Assembly (NCBI RefSeq): GCF_009914755.1
Contig: NC_060933.1
Direction: 5' to 3' (one strand)
DNA from: the human T2T-CHM13v2.0 reference genome, Homo sapiens
Length of the DNA: 64,000 nt
The translations under genes and the position numbers were made by a program. Below the pieces are notes generated by a model, which searched no databases, was not told the DNA's origin, and saw only the letters and a list, made by a program, of their open reading frames with translations. Each line of letters starts with the position of its first letter. Position 1 is the stretch's first letter. This document shows positions 1 to 64,000 of this stretch, piece after piece.

Positions 1-605
1 CTCAAGGATCTAGAACTAGAAATACCATTTGACCCAGCCATCCCATTACTGGGTATATACCCAAAGGATTGTAAATCATGCCACTATAAAGACACACGCA
101 CACATATGTTTATTGCGGCACTATTCACAATAGCGAAGACTTGGAACCAACCTGAATGTCCATCAATGATAGACTGGATTAAGAAAATGTGGCACATATA
201 CACCATGGAATACTATGCAGCCATAAAAAAGGATGAGTTCATGTCCTTTGTAGGGACATGGTTGAAGCTGGAAACCATCATTCTTTGCAAACTGTCACAA
301 GGACAGAAAACCAAACACCGCATGTTCTCACTCATAGGTGGGAACTGAACAATGAGAACACTTGGACACAGGGTGGGTAACACCACACACTGGGGCCTGT
401 CATGGGGTGGGGCTAGAGGGGAGGGATAGCATTAGGAGAAATACCTAATGTAAATGACGAGTTAATGGGTGCAGCACACCAACATGGCACGTGTATACAT
501 ATGTAACCTGCACGTTGTGCACATGTACCCTAGAACTTAAAGTATAATTAAAAAAAAGAAAAGTAAAAATAAATAAAACTATCCAAAAAGAAAAGAAAAA
601 AAGAA
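1..605 (+). mobile_element. L1PA 3' end (ORF2 C-terminus, 3' UTR, A-rich tail)
   Basis: ORF2 tail [16 protein letters not shown]...SLIGGN, L1 3' UTR, cctagaacttaaagtataa followed by A-rich tail. Confidence 0.95.
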
Positions 606-662
606 AATCAGATAGACTGGAGGACAGCTCAATAAAAAGTGTGTAGACATAAGTAGGTGTGA

Positions 663-1036
<374 letters not shown>

Positions 1037-1084
1037 GCCATTGACAGTTTTTTAAAAAGCAGCAATAGGACATCATTTTTGATA

Positions 1085-1880
1085 CAGAGAATGATTTGGA
1101 GCAGGGAAAATGGAGATGAAGGGACCTGTTAGGAGGCTAGCGTAGCAATCTAGGCTGGAGTCTATGCCATACCATCTGAATACATTCACAAGATCTTGAA
1201 AGCTAAGCAGAGTCAGCCCTGGTTAACACTTGGATAGGAGTGATCCAGGTTGGAAACGTTTATGGCCTGTAGTTAACATGCTGGATGTGGAAATGAAAGA
1301 TAGATGGATCAGTTTTGAAGGTAGAAGCAGCAGCATTTTCTAATGGATTGGATAATTCCCAGGCTTTTGGCTCAAGTAAGTAAGTGGCTAGATGGTGATA
1401 TCATTTATAAAAATGAAGAATTCAGAGTTTTATTTAGGACATATTCAGTTTGAAATGTCTGTGAGACAACTAAGTGGAGGTGGCATAGAGTCAGAAATGT
1501 GAGTCTGGAATTTAAAGAGATCTGGACTAGTCATACAAATTTTATGCTCAGTCACATCAGCATAAAAATGACATTAAATTGCATGGGAATCAGCTCACTC
1601 AGGCAGTGGTTGGGAGACGAAAGAAAAGCAGTCCGCTAAGGAAGCTGAGAAAGAGAGGCCAGCAAGGTAGGAGAAAACCAGGAAATAGTGGGAAATAGCC
1701 CAGAGAAGTTTTCAAGAGAGGAAGTGGTCAACTCTGTTGAATGTTGCTGAGATATGAAGTGAGAAGCAGAGAAGTGCTTTAGATTGGCAACAGGTGATAA
1801 TGATCTTGACAGGAGTAGTTAAGGAATAGTGGGGACAGATGCTAGATTATAATGGCTTGAAGAGTGAATAGGAGAGAGAC
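1085..1880 (-). mobile_element. L2 LINE relic, interrupted by the 5S copy
   Basis: L2-like motifs such as gttaggaggct..., cccaggcttttggctcaagtaa, ttcagtttgaaatgtctgtgagaca. Confidence 0.65.
1160..1240 (+). pseudogene. 5S rRNA retropseudogene fragment (3'-truncated, internal deletion)
   Basis: gtctatgccataccatctgaa...gatcttgaaagctaagcagagtcagccctggttaacacttggataggag resembles the 5' about 90 nt of 5S rRNA. Confidence 0.85.
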
Positions 1881-2083
1881 ATTTGGCTGGAGATTTGAAA
1901 TTTTTTCCCATAATGTCTCTTGTAGTACTTAATAAATCATTTTTTTAAAAAGATCAAAAATTAAAACTGAAAAATTCACCAGTGGCTTCCAGACCAGGAA
2001 ATGGGCAGAAACAACAAATGCAGTAAACTTCAAAGCCAGAAAACAAAAAAACAAATGAACAGAATATTCAAAAGTGGAGTGGA

Positions 2084-2382
2084 GGCCGGGTGTAGCTGTT
2101 CACACCTGTAATCCCAGCACTTTGGGAGGCCGAGGCAGATGGATCACTTGAGGTCAGGAGTTTGAGACCAGCCTGGCTAACATGGCAAAACCCCATCTCT
2201 ACTAAAAATACAAAAATTAGCTGGGTGTGGTTTTGGGCGCCTGTAATCTCAGCTATTTGGGAAGCTGAGAGAAGAGAATCACTTGAACCTGGTAGACGGA
2301 GGCTGCAGTGAGCCGAGGTCATCCCACTCCACTTCAGCCTGGGCGACAGAGCGAGACTCCGTCCAAAAAAAAAAAAAAAAAA
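2084..2382 (+). mobile_element. AluS
   Basis: ggccgggtg... dimer with poly-A; TSD-like caaaagtggag / caaagtggag. Confidence 0.93.
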
Positions 2383-3828
2383 CCTAAAAGCAAAGTGGAG
2401 AAACAAGACATGGCTCAATTCTTTTGGTTCTGGAGAAGACATGAGAATGAGATTAGAGAAAAAAAGGAAAAATCCCTTGGTAGGAGTGACACTTTCTCCT
2501 TCAGAAAGGAGCAAAGATATGTGCAGGTGTGGGTAGTTTTGTTGCTGTGGTGGTGGGAAAATAGGGAGTTCTTATTGATGGGGTCATTTTCTTAATTAAA
2601 GGTGAGATAATCAGGTGAGAGAGAAAATAGAAGAAAGTGTATGGGAAGTTTGAGAAGAAAGAGGAAGGTATCAAATAGCCAATTTAGAGTGTTGGGAAAT
2701 GAGCCTGTCTGTTCATTTGAAATTAGTTTTAGTCTGTTTTGACCTCCAAAAATGGCAATTTCATATGGTTTGATCCAACTTGAGAAACATGGCAAGTTTT
2801 TATTAGTTTGGAATCTCCCTAACTCAATATTTATTATTCTGAAGTTTATGTTTTGGAATCATTAAAAATATTAATAATGCAAAGGAAAGTCATCTAGATA
2901 ACTTTTGGGTGAAATGGTTAGACTACTTATGGTTCCTTCATGCCTTCAGATATTAATTAGGAGACTTTAATGTGCTAGGCTATTAGATCTAGTCTAGGTG
3001 AGCCAGGTAGATGTAGTTTCTGCTTTTGTGACGCTTTAGTGGGGAAAGGCAGACAGCTAAGCTATTTGATCACATTTTACTACTCCCTGTGTGACAAGGG
3101 CCAAGCAGAATTTCAGGGTAGCATGGGAGTATACCTCAGAATCATCTAACCTGGTGACAGGATAGGGCCTGGGCAGGCTTCTCAAAATTTTTTTTTAAAA
3201 CTTAAGACCTGTAGGATGCAAAATAGCCCAGTAGGAGGTAGAGGAAGACAGTTCTAGGGAAAGTGTGTGAATAAAAGCCTATAGGTGAGAAGAGGCATCA
3301 CAAATCTGAAGAAATGGGATAACTTTAAGAAAGCTGCAGTAGAGTATGCTTGAAGATGAGGCAGAAGAGGGAGGTTGAGTCCAAATTATGAAGAACTTTA
3401 TCAGCTTTTCGCAAGCCTTTTGGATCTTATCCTAAGAGTAACAGGAAGCTGTTGAAGGATTTTAAGATAATACAGAATTTTGCAAACATGTTTGCAGCAT
3501 CCTTTTAAATGTAATTACTAATGTCTGATAAAATATTGCATGTTTTTCAAAGGTCACCTAGAAAAGAACTCATTTATCAGCACACTAATTGGATTAAATA
3601 CTTGGAAGTAAAGTATTATCTTTTAAAAATATCATTGGAATGATGCCTTCTTGCCTCAATTTCAAGATCAGGATAGTCTTTTTTTCCAAAACCATGGTGG
3701 CTAATTTTAAAAGTAGAATTGTATTTACAATATTTTTAGACTTTTTTCACTATTGTTTGAGAAATATTCTTACCTTTTTAAAAATAGGAAATATAATGAT
3801 AAATAAACTATTAAATTTTCATTGGCAG

Positions 3829-63704
<59,876 letters not shown>

Positions 63705-64000
63705 GTACTACACATTTATGATTTTACATAAAAAAAGCATTTTGTGGCTCATGTGAGCCTATTTTTCCCCTGGCAGAAAGCTGCTGAGAAATATCCCCAA
63801 TGGGACTATGTGTCCCTTAACTGCCCTGTGTAGCCATGGGTGGCATTTATACCAACTGTGTGACTCTCTTACAGACCTTTAACGATCATAGAACATCAGT
63901 CCTGTAAAGATACTTAACAGCCACGTGCCATTTGCTGCTTGAATCCCCTCCTCACATGCTGGCCAGATAGCTTCCCAAGCCCTCTTGATCACCTCTGTAA

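Overview
Primate, most likely human, genomic DNA covering the central part of CNTRL (centriolin/CEP110) on the + strand. I resolved 30 consecutive GT-AG coding exons (3829-63704, about 5036 nt, about 1680 codons). Their phases chain into one open frame: coiled coil, a Pro/Tyr-rich insert, then coiled coil. The start and end of the gene lie outside the window. Introns hold about 25 Alus, MIR/L2/L3 relics, MER2/MER3/MER5 DNA transposons, old L1M fragments, a tailless 5S rRNA retropseudogene and a full-length but dead antisense L1PA (about 23690-29820). Main leads: (1) the L1 keeps an intact ORF0 and antisense promoter pointing into CNTRL, with an extra phase-0 donor that would fuse ORF0 in frame to centriolin; (2) the L1 also carries an AATAAA on the host strand, a gene-breaking layout; (3) an internal CCAAT/GC-box/CHR promoter with a uORF-containing first exon; (4) a frame-compensating swap between one exon and an alternative acceptor; (5) a CAG-TAG-GAG acceptor that can insert a stop; (6) small templated-insertion scars. 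Gene and repeat identities come from recognition, not database searches. Repeat boundaries are approximate.
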